A stretch of DNA of 63,304 nucleotides, filler included, from Basidiobolus ranarum (Eukaryota), in NCBI GenBank assembly GCA_040143965.1. It is 21 parts of 21 records of this genome, joined end to end, with 100 filler letters (N's around TTAATTAATTAA, not from the genome) between each part and the next. Parts side by side here need not be neighbours in the genome. Positions count along the whole stretch, not along the records: positions 24,212 to 27,132 come from JASJQH010009739.1; positions 27,233 to 30,152 come from JASJQH010009740.1; positions 30,253 to 33,171 come from JASJQH010009741.1; positions 33,272 to 36,190 come from JASJQH010009742.1; positions 36,291 to 39,207 come from JASJQH010009743.1; 16 more parts are not named here. The stretch is one strand, 5' to 3'. A program made the translations under genes and the position numbers. Numbering within the stretch: position 1 is the first letter of the stretch; each line of letters starts with the position of its first letter. The notes under the pieces are model-generated. The model did not search any database. It was not told where the DNA came from and saw only the letters and a program-made list of their open reading frames with translations. Of this stretch, positions 25,364 through 37,732 are shown in pieces.

Positions 25364-26613
25364 AGTAACTTGATGCCTTTGATCTCAGAAATACTCGCGT
25401 ACTTAGTTCACTATCTATTTTTACCTTCATGCGGTCAAGATAAACCCACATTTTACCTATAACGTAGCCGAGTCATGTATTCCAACGGGGAGATATCTCT
25501 CTGAGCTTTGTGTTTCCAACTTTTCTGCATTAAACAGATATATTTATATCCAATTTAGGCTCGTTGCACGCATGAGCTTTCACTCAATTACGAGCACATT
25601 TGCTAGGCCCTTTGGTTTATATTCTCAGTCAGGTCTTTCTGGTTTATTTTGTAGAAAACCTTATTGCAGGAACATGACTACATCTAGATTAAGATGCGTC
25701 CCCCCTGTTGGAGCAATTCAAAGGATCTGACATCAAAGTGCCTTTGTATAAGCACATTTATTTTGATTTTAGGCTATTCGTGATGTTTGGATGAGATATA
25801 ACAGACTTAAACGTATAGCTTCATCTATGTGTCCAATCCGTCAGAGAATACACGATCACGAGAATGCCCATGTTGATATTATTGAAATGAGTTATGGGTG
25901 CTATAGAAATCCTCACCAGAAACAATTCCTAGATCCTGATGTCATTAAGGTAGATGTTCCTAAGTTAACTAGGATACTAGCTGGATATGGTCTTGATTTT
26001 CAGGATAATGACTATATTATATCTAGATCTAAGGTATAGTTTGAAATCCAAATTATTTCCGAAATTATGGGTAGACTAAAATTAGGTCTATATAGAGGTC
26101 GAATATTAAAATAAATCTATTATTTCTATTGTGGTATATATATATGACTGAACATGGAAAAAAACGATAGCCACTTCTTCTGATCGTAATATATTCTTAC
26201 AAGATATGTGGTGGAGCATCTGGATCGAACATTCTCGCTATAAGCCTAAAATGCTACGAATAGTAACTATTAGATTCCACTGTCTTCATCATACACATAA
26301 TCTCTACCCTCGCGGTATGTGACTCTATATGCTGCTGTAGAAGTTCCTGAGAGTGTGATGAACTTTCTGTAATATACCTTAAGAATGATTGGGCAGCTGA
26401 AGAAATCAGTTTATTAAATATTATTGATCTGTGTTATTTATTGCACCATTTTCAATGCCGAAAAGGTAATTTTGGGAGATGTTAAATAGAGTAATACTGA
26501 CATAGAAAGTTGAATGTCATGTATGCTCTATAGAATTCTATGCAGCTTTCGAATGAAAGAATGACAATATAACCACTGCTATGCTTGTTGCGTATATCAC
26601 TCGCTGGGGGCAA

Positions 26614-27132
26614 CTACATCCATAACGCACTACCACCATCAATAGTAATAGTAGAGCCATTAATGAACGCTGATGCTTTTGAGCACAAGAACAATGCTAA
26701 GCCGCCCATATCGGTTTCATTCCCAATACGACCTACAGAGGGAACGTGTGAACATCAACTATTGAGGAGATGCTGAAAGTATGTAGTTACCTTGAGGAAT
26801 AGATTTTATAATTTCAGACTTTTCATCAATAAATTCGTTAGCCATATCACTAAGTGAATAGATAGTTTGTCAGTACAGGTCAAAAAAACGGCAATAGCTT
26901 ATGTACAACAACAAACCTTGGGAAGAGTCCAGGAGCAACGCTTACCACGTTGATATTTCTACCAGCCAAGTGGGAAGACAGTACAGAAGATAAATGCAGT
27001 ACTGCAGCTTTTGAGCTTTGGTAAGAGTATGCGTCAAAACTGGGGTTGTGAACGAAACCTAAGCAATATATCAGAATAAGTTTCTTCCGTATGAAATTCA
27101 AACAAGGGAAGCTAACCTGCAATCGAACCCAT
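26614..27132 (-). CDS. Short-chain dehydrogenase/reductase, intron-containing, 5'-partial
   Basis: Catalytic YQSSK motif and INVVSVAPGLFP; last exon RIGNETDMGGLALFLCSKASAFINGSTITIDGGSALWM* with stop at 26614-26616. Confidence 0.88.
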
Positions 27133-27264
27133 NNNNNNNNNNNNNNNNNNNNNNNNNNNNNNNNNNNNNNNNNNNNTTAATTAATTAANNNNNNNNNNNN
27201 NNNNNNNNNNNNNNNNNNNNNNNNNNNNNNNNTTCCATTAACAGCTAGCTTGGTGCTAATACCC

Positions 27265-27611
27265 TGATAATAGTGTTTAGGGGATTTGGAGGTAGGACAA
27301 AATCTGGATTTGTAAATTAAACACTTAAGCTTTCTTGAATTGAATAGGTCCATTTTATAGTTTACTATGTAATAGGACTATTAGACATGCTTAGATTGTA
27401 ACAAACATGCATGTAAAGCATGAGTACAATTTGAGATAATTTGGAGAAGCTTTGAGAAAATAGTGAAAGTCAATAAAAGTGATATGAGTGATATTGCAAT
27501 CAATCAGACCAATAAACACACAATTTGGAATGGCAGAATTGAGTGCAAAATATTCAGAATATGAATATGCAAACTACTAAATAATGAGTTGCTATTTATC
27601 TAATTTCAACA
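27265..27611 (-). repeat. LTR type C (347 bp) with adjacent polypurine tract
   Basis: On the minus strand AGTTGAGTGGGAA precedes TGTTGAAATT...TTATCA. Homologs at 29992-30152, 48351-48522 and about 48630-48689. Confidence 0.75.
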
Positions 27612-27759
27612 TTCCCACTCAACTAGTCATTTTGTATATCTCTTAAACCTCAAGATCCTCCTACAAGATAGTAGCTAGCAAATTGGGGTCTTGTTCCAAA
27701 AGGAGATTATTTATATTCCAACATTTAATGGGGAAGAATTCCATATATTTTAGATAGTA

Positions 27760-29991
27760 ATATCTCTATATCTATGTAAAAAGTATGTCTTATTATCCCT
27801 ACTTATATAAAATGCCTTAGTATACAAATTCATGAATAGCACTAATAATTGATTTACTTGTCTACTATATATGTCAGCTTATGCTCTTAAGAATCAAGTC
27901 ACCAAAAAGCGTCATCATAAATTGCCTTTAGTATTCAAAGTCTACCCCCATTATGTCAAGATCCTCCTGGATTGAGATATGATGACATATGTGAATGGTG
28001 TCAAGAAACTTGCCCAACAACTGGATTCAGTGAGTTATGAGCCATCTGAGATGAATATAATTCATATGATAGTTTACAGACACCCAAATCAAATTCAGCT
28101 CAATTATTCACTTTGGAAGCATTTGGGGATAAACTAACTTAGTACTATCTGATGCCTTGCCTATGTCAAGAAAAATCAACAAGAAAGGAAAAAGTCAGCT
28201 TGCTAGTGAAACAAAAACTACATAGGTACTGTATTCTTAAAATAGCTAGCAAGAAAAGAGCACTATGAAATGATACAAATGTGAAAAACAGGGATATATA
28301 ACACATTATGGCAGATCAAAGACAAAGTGGGTTCTAAGAAAAAGGAAGCATATAACAACATTAACAGAGGAAATGAGAACTTTGCATTTATGGCAACCAC
28401 TGAATCAGGAAAAGACTCTACTGACATATAGTTTTGGCTTCTGGTGGAAGTTATGATATATATCACAATAGAAATTCAATGCCAGACTTTAAGGAACTAG
28501 AATCTCTGCACAACTCAGTTGCTGGAAGAAAATACTGGTTGCTTAAGGAAAGGGCAAAGGGACACTCTACTTACAGAGGAGTAAAACCAAAAGTGCAATG
28601 GTAAACTTAGTAGATATCAAATATATTCCACCATTTACAAAAAACCCTTTCCAATTGAAAGAAACATTGAAATCTCCAATTGAGCCATGGACAAACAACA
28701 ATGTACAGAGCAAAAAACTTGATGGTTACAACTGGAGCAATAATTGGGAATCTATATAACCTGGATATTACACCAACAACTAAGACTGCTTCAAACTTTG
28801 CAACATTTATTTCTTGAGGCTGAATGAATTAGCATCCATGCTTGTGTCATCTAAGCTATAATAGTGCAAAACTATTGTTTGAAATAGCCAATGTATGGGC
28901 ATGGATCTTTAGCCCTCAGACACTACCAAATATGAGAGCTGTATTCAAGAGAATATCACCCAAAAATCATTTCCAAAAGAAGGAGCTATCCAAGCCACAG
29001 ATTTATTAGATTTGTGCATACAGGCTAATGTTGTCCAATGCAAACTCTAACACCAAGTAAGGAACAGAATTTACTCATTGTTATTGCTGATAAATTTCAC
29101 TCTGCCTTTTTAAATCTCCTGTCAATTAATGGAGAAGTGTTTCAATATTTTAAGATATATGAAGCCATATTTGCAACCATAACTGGAAGAAAATCAAATA
29201 CCTATGCAATGATATGGAATTGAATTTAGCAATGAAGCCATGACTACCTTTTGTCAACAAAAAGGAATTTGGCTGTAATATACTTTTCCATACAGTTTAG
29301 GACAAAATAGAGTTGCAAAGAGGATGAATCAGACTTTGGTAAAGAAAGCAAGTACCATGATGAATACTTCAGATCTGCTTTGGGCCTATTGAGATAAAGT
29401 TATTTAACAGACACATTTCACCAAAGCATAAATACAACATGTTGCAACCAGGACTCTTAAACTCCTATGGAAGCCTGGCCTGAAAACAAGCTTGATCCAA
29501 TGCACCTCTGAATATTTGGATCAACTGCACAAGCTCATAACCTTAAATCTTGGCATATACAGTTACACAAAAGGCAATTCAAAGTAACCCATCAGGATAT
29601 TGGAACAAAGGCTATTGGCTCTGATTTGCTGGCATAAATAAAATCAGCTACTCTAGAGTTATCATATATTTTGATGAAAATCTCAAATCTTCTGGTTTAC
29701 AAAATTTAATTTTCGCTGAATATCTATTTCTCAATAACTCAAATTCAGAATTAACAAGTTCTCAAGCCAATCTTGAGCTAACAAGTACTAAAACCAACTT
29801 GGAAAATGATACATTGGAATTCAACACTGGAATTAGGCCAAATTTAGAATCTGAACCTATCTAGATACATTATTCAAGATTACAAAATGTAACATCTGGG
29901 ATACAGTCTAAGACATCAGCCAACCACATATATAAACAAATACAAAGCTCATATCACTACAATCCCTGTTATAAATTTCCCAAGCAGAAAA
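27760..29991 (+). mobile_element. Decayed Ty1/copia: LTR type E fragment plus protease/integrase region
   Basis: 27760-27965 matches the LTR at 51470-51786. Integrase remnants (QNRVAKRMNQTLV, IFGS). 29750-29990 matches 44620-44870 (-). Confidence 0.75.
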
Positions 29992-30252
29992 TGATAAAAG
30001 TGTTTAGGGAATTCGGAAGTGTTTAGGACAAGATTTGGATTTGTGAATTAGACACTTAAGTTTTATTGAATTGAATATGTCCTATTTATAGTTCACTATA
30101 GAATAGGACTATAGGATGTGTTTAGATCATAACAAACATGCCCGTTAAGCATNNNNNNNNNNNNNNNNNNNNNNNNNNNNNNNNNNNNNNNNNNNNTTAA
30201 TTAATTAANNNNNNNNNNNNNNNNNNNNNNNNNNNNNNNNNNNNNNNNNNNN

Positions 30253-31556
30253 ATACATTAAGTATATCTTCTATAAGCCTGTAATAATGTTTTTCATATC
30301 TGATTGCAAATTCTGGGCATAGTTGCTGCATCTGCCTGCAATTAGCCAAAGGGAGTTCATACCATAAGAATGAATTGCCACAATTTACTAACAACTCCCA
30401 ATGTTGGCAATACTTATCAGGCAGAAATTGTTATAACATTCCACTTGAATTTATACAAAAGCAATACTTCCAGTCTTTACAGTTAAATAAACATGTATAT
30501 GAGTGGATATTGATGGGAGTCCTGGTGAAATAATATGCTATCTCAATGGTTTCAAGCATTTTCCCATTTGATTTCAATTTCAGTTGTATCTCATAGAGCT
30601 CATTCAGATTGAATCTTCCTTTGTACAGCTGAGTTAGTGGTATTGGAATACTATTGAATAGTAAGTGTCTGGTCCCTAATATGAAGTTCTGGCTCTAGCT
30701 GATCCCTGTTAGCAACATAATCTTAGGGTTATGGTTAATCCCAAGTTTGCTATTGTAACAACTATGTGGTGAATTGCTATCAGTGAGCATGTTGAATTGT
30801 GACCAGATTCTTGATGGTAAAATCATGGAGTTTAGTGTTATATATGGAAAGTAGTAATACGTAGACCTGGAAGAATACACCCATTGTTACCAAAGAATCT
30901 ACAGCTAGCTAATGCATTGTGTCCTCAGATATATCCATGTTCACAAATGGAAGAAGTGTCACCTATGCATACAATGAGATTAGCTTTATGAAAAATCACC
31001 TATCTGAAACCTATTTGATAACTGTTCAAATTTTGCTATTAAAGGCTTAAAGAAGCTACCTATAAGCATTGGTGCTTGAGGTCCATATATGATGGATAGT
31101 ATCTATGTATTATGACTCCTATACCATTTAGAAGGAGGAAAGATTAAGTTAATTCAATTTATTGACTGGCAAGCCTTTCCAATTGTAAATTTATTAAGTG
31201 CAAAACCATCCAGAACAATCCAAAAGCATGAGCATATGTGTGCTCAAAGAAACCTTGCTTTTTCAAATATTTGATTGTGGTATCCATCAAGTATATTGGT
31301 AATACACTTGGCTCTGTGGTGAGTACTTTGGGAATGGACCAATGATCTATATTTGGGTAATTTCATCAAAACTTTTTGATGAGGATTCTACAGTATATAT
31401 GCACAATATATACAATATTTTCCTGATTCAGTGATTGTCAATAGCCCAAATGAAAGAGGTTCTTACTCTGAGTACACGGATTAAGTTTTGTTTCTGTTAT
31501 TATGCTCACACAATGCAAAAACCCAGCAGCATATGGAAAAGACCTCTTTGTTGGAA
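30253..31556 (-). mobile_element. Decayed, rearranged CACTA transposase
   Basis: Collinear with about 1640-2760, plus a displaced segment resembling 660-735. Confidence 0.8.
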
Positions 31557-32161
31557 GGTTAATATCTCTGCACATATAGCATTTACTGAACCAGAAAACT
31601 TGACACAAGCTCTGAAATTTAACAAAGTGACAGAATGGAGAAAAGCCACTGATGATAAAATTCACTCCCTAATCAAGGATAACACCTGTGTCCTTGTGGA
31701 CTTACCTACTGGAAGAAAAACAATTGGAAACAGCTGGGTGCTGAAACTTAACTAAGATTGATCTATCAACCCATACAAAGCAAGATTAGTGGTAAAAGGC
31801 TATGCTAAGAAACATGGCATTGACTATAATGAAGCATTTTCTCCTGTATCTAAGTTTACCTCAATCAGAGTAATCCTAACGATTACTACCCACCAGGAAT
31901 GTTGATTGAACAACTGGATGTTAAGACAGCATTTCTTAATGGAGAAATTGATGAAGATTTGTATGGATCAACTAGAGGGATATATTGCAAAAGAAAGGAA
32001 CATAAAGTATGTAAACTACAGAGAAGTCTATATGGTCTGAAACAGGCTCCTCATGCATGGAATACCAAAATAAATCAGATCTTCATGAAATGTCTTTTCC
32101 ATCATAGCAAAGTTGATCATTGCATATACTGCAAGACTATCAAAGCCACCAAAGTGAAAAT

Positions 32162-32442
32162 TATTGTAACTAGTTAGGGAGAAATATTGGTCTGGCCAGG
32201 ATTTGAACCTGCAACCTCCTTACTCTAGCAAGGTTCTCTAACCACTGAGCTACCAGTCCTTGTATGCTATGCTTATATTGCTAGGGAACCTTAACCTAGT
32301 CTGTCAATGTATAATACTTTAGCATTGCAGCTATACAAGCAACTGATTGGCCTTAGACTTTGTGCTCAGATGCAGTCACCATACTCCATATTTTTTTCTT
32401 TTGGAATTACTGCTTGCACCACAAGTCACTAGACTTCTAACA
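32162..32442. mobile_element. 281-bp solo-LTR-like insertion containing a tRNA-derived sequence
   Basis: The uninterrupted copy in contig 15 reads GTG-ATAAT-TGCTCTC. Here it reads GTG-AAAAT-[TATTG...TAACA]-ATAAG-TGCTCTC, i.e. a decayed 5-bp TSD around decayed TG...CA ends. Confidence 0.72.
32188..32259 (-). tRNA. tRNA-derived pseudogene, anticodon unassignable (Ile-like guess)
   Basis: GGACTGG TA GCTC AGTGGTTA GAGA A CCTTG CTAGAG TAAGG AGGTT GCAGG TTCAAAT CCTGG CCAGACC A folds into acceptor, D, anticodon and T arms with A and B boxes. The anticodon loop is only 6 nt. Confidence 0.75.
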
Positions 32443-33271
32443 ATAAGTGCTCTCTATGTTGAAGATTTCATGCTAGTTGGTAATTGCCCAAATCTGATGA
32501 AACAAACTAAGACCTGGCTATCTACTGAGTGTGAAATGCAAGATCATGGATCACTAGCATATTGTCTTGGAATGTAGATACAATAAAATTCCACTATTGG
32601 AACACTCTGTATTACACAAGAAAAATATATTGGAGATGTGTTAAACAGATTCAATATGTCAAAATCTAAAACAGCTTCAAATCCACTATGTATGCTGAAA
32701 CTCACTAAGAAAATGGAATCAAAGACCTCAGAATATATTGAAATTATGAAACACATTCCTTACCATAGTGCAGTTGGAAGTCTCATATATGCAACAACTG
32801 GTACTAGGCCCATTATTGCTACAGCAGTAAGCATAGTAAGCAAATATATGGAAAATTCTGCAATGGAACACTGGATGGCTGTGAAAATTTAATATGGATC
32901 TGAAAGGAACAATACATTGTGGAATTCAATTTAGTAAGCAGTACAACATGTCACTTATTTTGGAAAGATATGCTGATGCACACTGGGCTAACAATACAGA
33001 AGACCATAAGTCCAGAACTGGATATGTTTTCAAGCTATCAGGTGGGCCAATAAGCAGGATTAACAAGAAACAACAAACTGTTGCATTATCAACTACAGAA
33101 GCAGAATATATGGCAAGCACTATGGCTTTTCAAGAAGCTACATGGCTAAGGAGTCTTCTCAAGGAACTGGGNNNNNNNNNNNNNNNNNNNNNNNNNNNNN
33201 NNNNNNNNNNNNNNNTTAATTAATTAANNNNNNNNNNNNNNNNNNNNNNNNNNNNNNNNNNNNNNNNNNNN

Positions 33272-33433
33272 ACCACCACCACCACCACCCCCGTATTTCT
33301 TTGTTCTTCCTCCACCATCGCCACCATATCCTACTCCCTTATAGCTTGGGTCATAGGAGCGCTCAGCCACACTGGCATTTATGGCTAGAACAGCAGAGAG
33401 AACAAGGAGTAATTGAGCAGTAGAGTATTTCAT
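33272..33433 (-). CDS. Secreted glycine-rich protein, N-terminus, 3'-partial
   Basis: MKYSTAQLLLVLSAVLAINASVA signal peptide, then YDPSYKGVGYGGDGGG...YGGGGGGG running into the gap. Confidence 0.75.
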
Positions 33434-34064
33434 TGTTGGATGAATTTCCGTATTCAGAGCAGGTCTACTATTTAACAAGTAGAAAAATGTAGATCCCTGC
33501 GGATCGATGTGCTAAACAGATGTAGTCCCTCGCTCATCATACTCCTGATCTACAGAGGCTCGCATCAAACGTGCTGATAAACATTGAGTGCGTGTATGAA
33601 CGAATGGAAATTGTAAGCTGTGTAAATATGTAAGATGCGATTCCTACAAGTAAAAATCAAATTCAAGATGATGATTTGCGCTATGATTATTAAGTTAAAT
33701 TAAATCATGTTTAAGCAACTCTGTTTAGCAGTCGTTGGTTTTTACATAAATTCCATGAAGTTGTTTGTTTATTTTGTTACTATTGATTCATTTGTCATTG
33801 GTGTTGACTTCACCAATCGACATATTTAGCAGTAACCGAAATAGCATAGTTGCCTGCTTTTAATGTTAGGTTAGTAAGGAGATTGAACAGCCCTCTGGTA
33901 GCAACTTGTAACTTGATTCAAGGTTATGGTTTGGTGTACTTAGGTAGAGCTACTTTGTGAATGTTTTCAGAGACTAAAAATACACTTCAATTGTTTCCAA
34001 AAATGCTGATAGAACAATATCAACATCTAAGTTAGGATTTCTTAGTCATGTATAGTAGCCATTC

Positions 34065-34739
34065 ATGTCTGATAAGAGTGTTGGAGCATGCAAATACAAC
34101 TATGGCTTTACATCTGCAGCCTCATTTTTAGCTTTGAGTACAATACTTGAGATATTAAGTATGGCCCTTCTGACTGGGCTCATTCTACAAGCACAAACAA
34201 ATATCACAAAAGCTGCACTAGTGGTAATAGCAGAAACTGAGGCCCGTCACGAAACATGGACCCTCATCGATATTTGGAATGTGGACCCATTCGGTGGACC
34301 ATCAGATACCATCTTTCCATATGCAAACCAGATTCTCGATGTTACCAACACATTTATCGTCCCAGGTTCTTGTCCAAAAGAGAATCTTACTTACCCTGAA
34401 CCATCCCAACATCTTCCCCAGCTCTCTCATGTCTCGAACTCCAACTCCACATTATTAGCGCCAGGGTCTCCGATCACTTTTTCATATCATAATCAATCCT
34501 TCGTTCCCACGTTCCAGGAAGGCAAGGATCATTATGCTGTATTCTTCCATGGGCTACTAAATATCACTATGCCGTTTGATACAAAAACGAACTCTTCTAC
34601 TATTCCACAGGAGTTTGAGAATAAGGGAGTTATTTTAGCTGTCATTGCGGATGTATCAGGTGCTCCTACAGAGGCGTCAGTACTGGCAGGACCACTAGTG
34701 ATCTTGCTACAACCGGCGGAACTTTCAAAATTGACTTGA
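34065..34739 (+). CDS. Ferritin-like (Ferritin_2/Rds1-like) protein, apparently lacking its N-terminus
   Basis: CKYNY, FLALSTILE, IAETEARH (ExxH) and FIVPGSCP; intronless 224 aa. Confidence 0.65.
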   Translation: MSDKSVGACKYNYGFTSAASFLALSTILEILSMALLTGLILQAQTNITKAALVVIAETEARHETWTLIDIWNVDPFGGPSDTIFPYANQILDVTNTFIVPGSCPKENLTYPEPSQHLPQLSHVSNSNSTLLAPGSPITFSYHNQSFVPTFQEGKDHYAVFFHGLLNITMPFDTKTNSSTIPQEFENKGVILAVIADVSGAPTEASVLAGPLVILLQPAELSKLT

Positions 34740-35390
34740 GATAGAATTGGTGACTAACTTTTAATTCAAAAGTGGGCGCTCTCTTACAAAGCTGACATAG
34801 AAATCAGCTGCATAGAGTGCTACAAATATTTCTGTTTGGAGCACTTAATTGGAGTTACAATAAGATGATTCTGGTAGAGAGCATCGACATTACATTTTTG
34901 GGTTGAGTTTGCTAGACATCTTTCCATGTATTTATGGTTTACAAAAAGTACTCATTGGAATGTCTTATTCTATTTTGCTATATATCTCATAGTTATAGCA
35001 TACCGATTGAGGTTCAGTAGCGCCAAGCCGTGAGCCATAAATTAAGCTATCAAGAAAATCTTGAAGTATTACCATACAAATAAAAAGTTAAAGTGTGCAC
35101 AGCAATCTTCTTGGCTCAATCTGAGGCCATAGAAAATCATGAAGATCGATAAACGCACCCTCTATTATAACTTGACAGTATAAGCACTAAATCGAGCAAA
35201 CAAAGATACTCTCTGGTATACTGTGAGCGAGAAAGTTGCTCAAACACTAAAGTTTATTTGGTAATATATGTGGGAAGCATTGTTGTATGTGGAAAGCATT
35301 GTTGTGCCATTTCACTTACTGTTCAATGGAAGGATTGCTCTGCTCTGATTGTATCGGTTCAGTTGGAGTGTAAGGTAATACTTGGCCAAG

Positions 35391-35774
35391 CTACTCTTGA
35401 CCAAATACAGGATTGAATGCGTGGTCACCACTGCGCTTCTTGGCATATACTGAAGCAGTTTGCTCTCCTTCAATTTCAGCGCTGGGTCCATCCTGGTATT
35501 TAACCCTAGCGGATTTCTTATTGCTAGCTTTGGCAGTATTGAGATTGTCGTGCTTACGAGTAATGGTGACAAATTTCTGTCTTAGTATTGGGACACTAAC
35601 AGCCGGTGCTACTCGCGTTTGACTACAAAGATATCCTTGTTGGATACATGGACTACCCACATAGCGACCATACACCTGTGGACTATATTGGTGAGGATAA
35701 TAACTGACTGGAACACCCAAGGCGCCTTGGAAGAAAACGGCATAAGAGGCGAGTATGGTGATGAATAGTTGCAT
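35391..35774 (-). CDS. Small secreted protein (127 aa), unknown function
   Basis: Signal peptide MQLFITILASYAVFFQGALG, TATA-like element about 60 bp upstream, and a paralogous fragment at 25265-25363. Confidence 0.75.
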   Translation of the reverse strand: MQLFITILASYAVFFQGALGVPVSYYPHQYSPQVYGRYVGSPCIQQGYLCSQTRVAPAVSVPILRQKFVTITRKHDNLNTAKASNKKSARVKYQDGPSAEIEGEQTASVYAKKRSGDHAFNPVFGQE

Positions 35775-36290
35775 AGTAGGTAGATGTCTACGTAGCTAAG
35801 GCTGGTTACTTGATAGTAAGAATGCAAAGGTGGTATATATACTAGGACACCAGTTAGAGCTTATTTCATGCAACTAGGTAAAGAAGTATAATATGCTCAG
35901 GAAGTAAAGTAAGCCGTATAATGTGGTTGATGTACAGTATACCTTGTCGCTAGTATATCCATAAAAGTTCACTTTTGGAATGTTATTTACTTTTAGCCTA
36001 ATAATATTAGCTTTTGTCACTAAATGCTAGTAGTAGTTCAAATCTTATTCAAAAGAAAACATCTATACTACGTCTAGTAAGACTAATTAATTTTTAAAAC
36101 TTTGCACACGTAGTTTGGTGTTCAAATACAGGTACTTCCATTGCTTGACTAAATAATAAAAGGTAATAGCTAACATCAATTCAGAAAAGTNNNNNNNNNN
36201 NNNNNNNNNNNNNNNNNNNNNNNNNNNNNNNNNNTTAATTAATTAANNNNNNNNNNNNNNNNNNNNNNNNNNNNNNNNNNNNNNNNNNNN

Positions 36291-36688
36291 GAGTTATATC
36301 TGAGCAGTCAAGTATGTGCATATGTAGAGACTAAACCCAACAAGAGTCTTGTATTTTTTGATTTTCATTATGCTGGAATACAAAGCCTAAATATCGATAT
36401 AAAGGCAGGCATATTAATTTGAATTCCTAGAGCAGTAAACCCAATAATCTGCCATTTGAAAATTAAAATATTGCAAAAATTGCCAGAAATCAATTAATGC
36501 ATGCCAAATTAGAGGATCAAAACTTTAACATGTATCAATTCCATCAGGATACCATCAAGAAGCCACCATTGCACCATTATGATCCCTGGTAGAATGCAAG
36601 CCACCAATAATATGATGGCTCTCTAATGGTTTTGCAATTTGGAATGGTGAATCCTGTCCAGATTAAATCAATTTTATTTTTTTAAGGG
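36291..36688 (+). mobile_element. CACTA 3' terminal region, old copy
   Basis: Aligns with 8150-8547 and ends TTTTTAAGGG. Confidence 0.8.
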
Positions 36689-36987
36689 ATGTAAGCAGAG
36701 AAATGTGCAGCATATGGTAAGGATGATCTCAAGATGATATTTGCAAAGTGTGGAACTTCTAGTGCTACTTCTGAAAACTTATATACTTGAGAACTTCTAG
36801 CTTGGTGAAAGTATCCTAAGTAAATTCCAGTTCAGAATAAAGATTGATATCTTAGTGGAACATAGGACATCTGAGACTTAGTTCTATATGACTATATAGG
36901 TGCTAATGCAATGCTAATTTCAACACACGCAGCTGCATTACACTCACCAGCAATATGAAACATATGACTTAGTGCAGCAGCTGCCAT

Positions 36988-37333
36988 TGTTAGAGTACTT
37001 TGGAGCCTGTTAGAAGTAGTTTAGAGAATTTGAGGAATTGGTGGTTTACACTGATTGATTTATTGAGTAGAAACTTGACATTTATAGTTTGTCAAGACAT
37101 AAACAAACTAATGTGTAGAATGTGTTAAGGAAGGTCCCAGGAACATGTGTGCAAAGGTTGGGGCTTCTAGCATATGCTTCAAAAATCTATATATTTGAGA
37201 ACTTCCAAGTTGATAAAATATTCTAAGTAAATGTTGATTGAGAAAAATGGATAATATCTTAGTGGATGATAAGATAACTAAATACTAAGCTATGTATGAC
37301 TTTATAGGTGCTTAGGCATTGTTAATTTCAGCA
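36988..37333 (-). repeat. LTR type B copy; a partial copy lies at 36690-36924
   Basis: Reverse complement of 4594-4942. Confidence 0.75.
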
Positions 37334-37344
37334 CTGTCCATCAA

Positions 37345-37730
37345 TAAAGTAATGGTATAAACTAATCCCAATGAAGGTCTCAATTTCTTAAATTTCTGTG
37401 TAGCTAATGGTTTGGTTAATATATCAGCAACGTCTTCTGTAGAACAAAAAGTTAAGTCAATAAACTAGGTCTCTAAAGTCTCTCTAATGAAGTGATACTT
37501 AATATCTATATCTTTGCTTCTATTATGAAACATGGAATTTTTTAGTTAATTTGACACAACTTTGATTATCTTGAAATATGGGAATTGGTGAATTTTGAGA
37601 AAAACCTAAATCTGATGAGAGTTTTCTTGGCCATACTGCTTCTTTTGTTGCTTCACAGGCAGCCATAAATTCTGCTTCTGTTGTTGAAAGTGCAACAGTA
37701 GGTTGTTTCTTTGATTTCCAAGAAATAGCT
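37345..37730 (-). mobile_element. Ty1/copia RNase H fragment
   Basis: AISWKSKKQPTVALSTTEAEFMAACEATKEAVW, QDNQS and IDIKYHFIRE. Confidence 0.85.
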
Positions 37731-37732
37731 TG

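Larger units (their letters stand above)
31560..33171 (+). mobile_element. Decayed Ty1/copia RT-RNase H, interrupted at 32162-32442
   Basis: QLDVKTAFLNG, SLYGLKQAP, LYVED, SRTGYVF and VALSTTEAEY; same family as 42451-45236. Confidence 0.92.
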
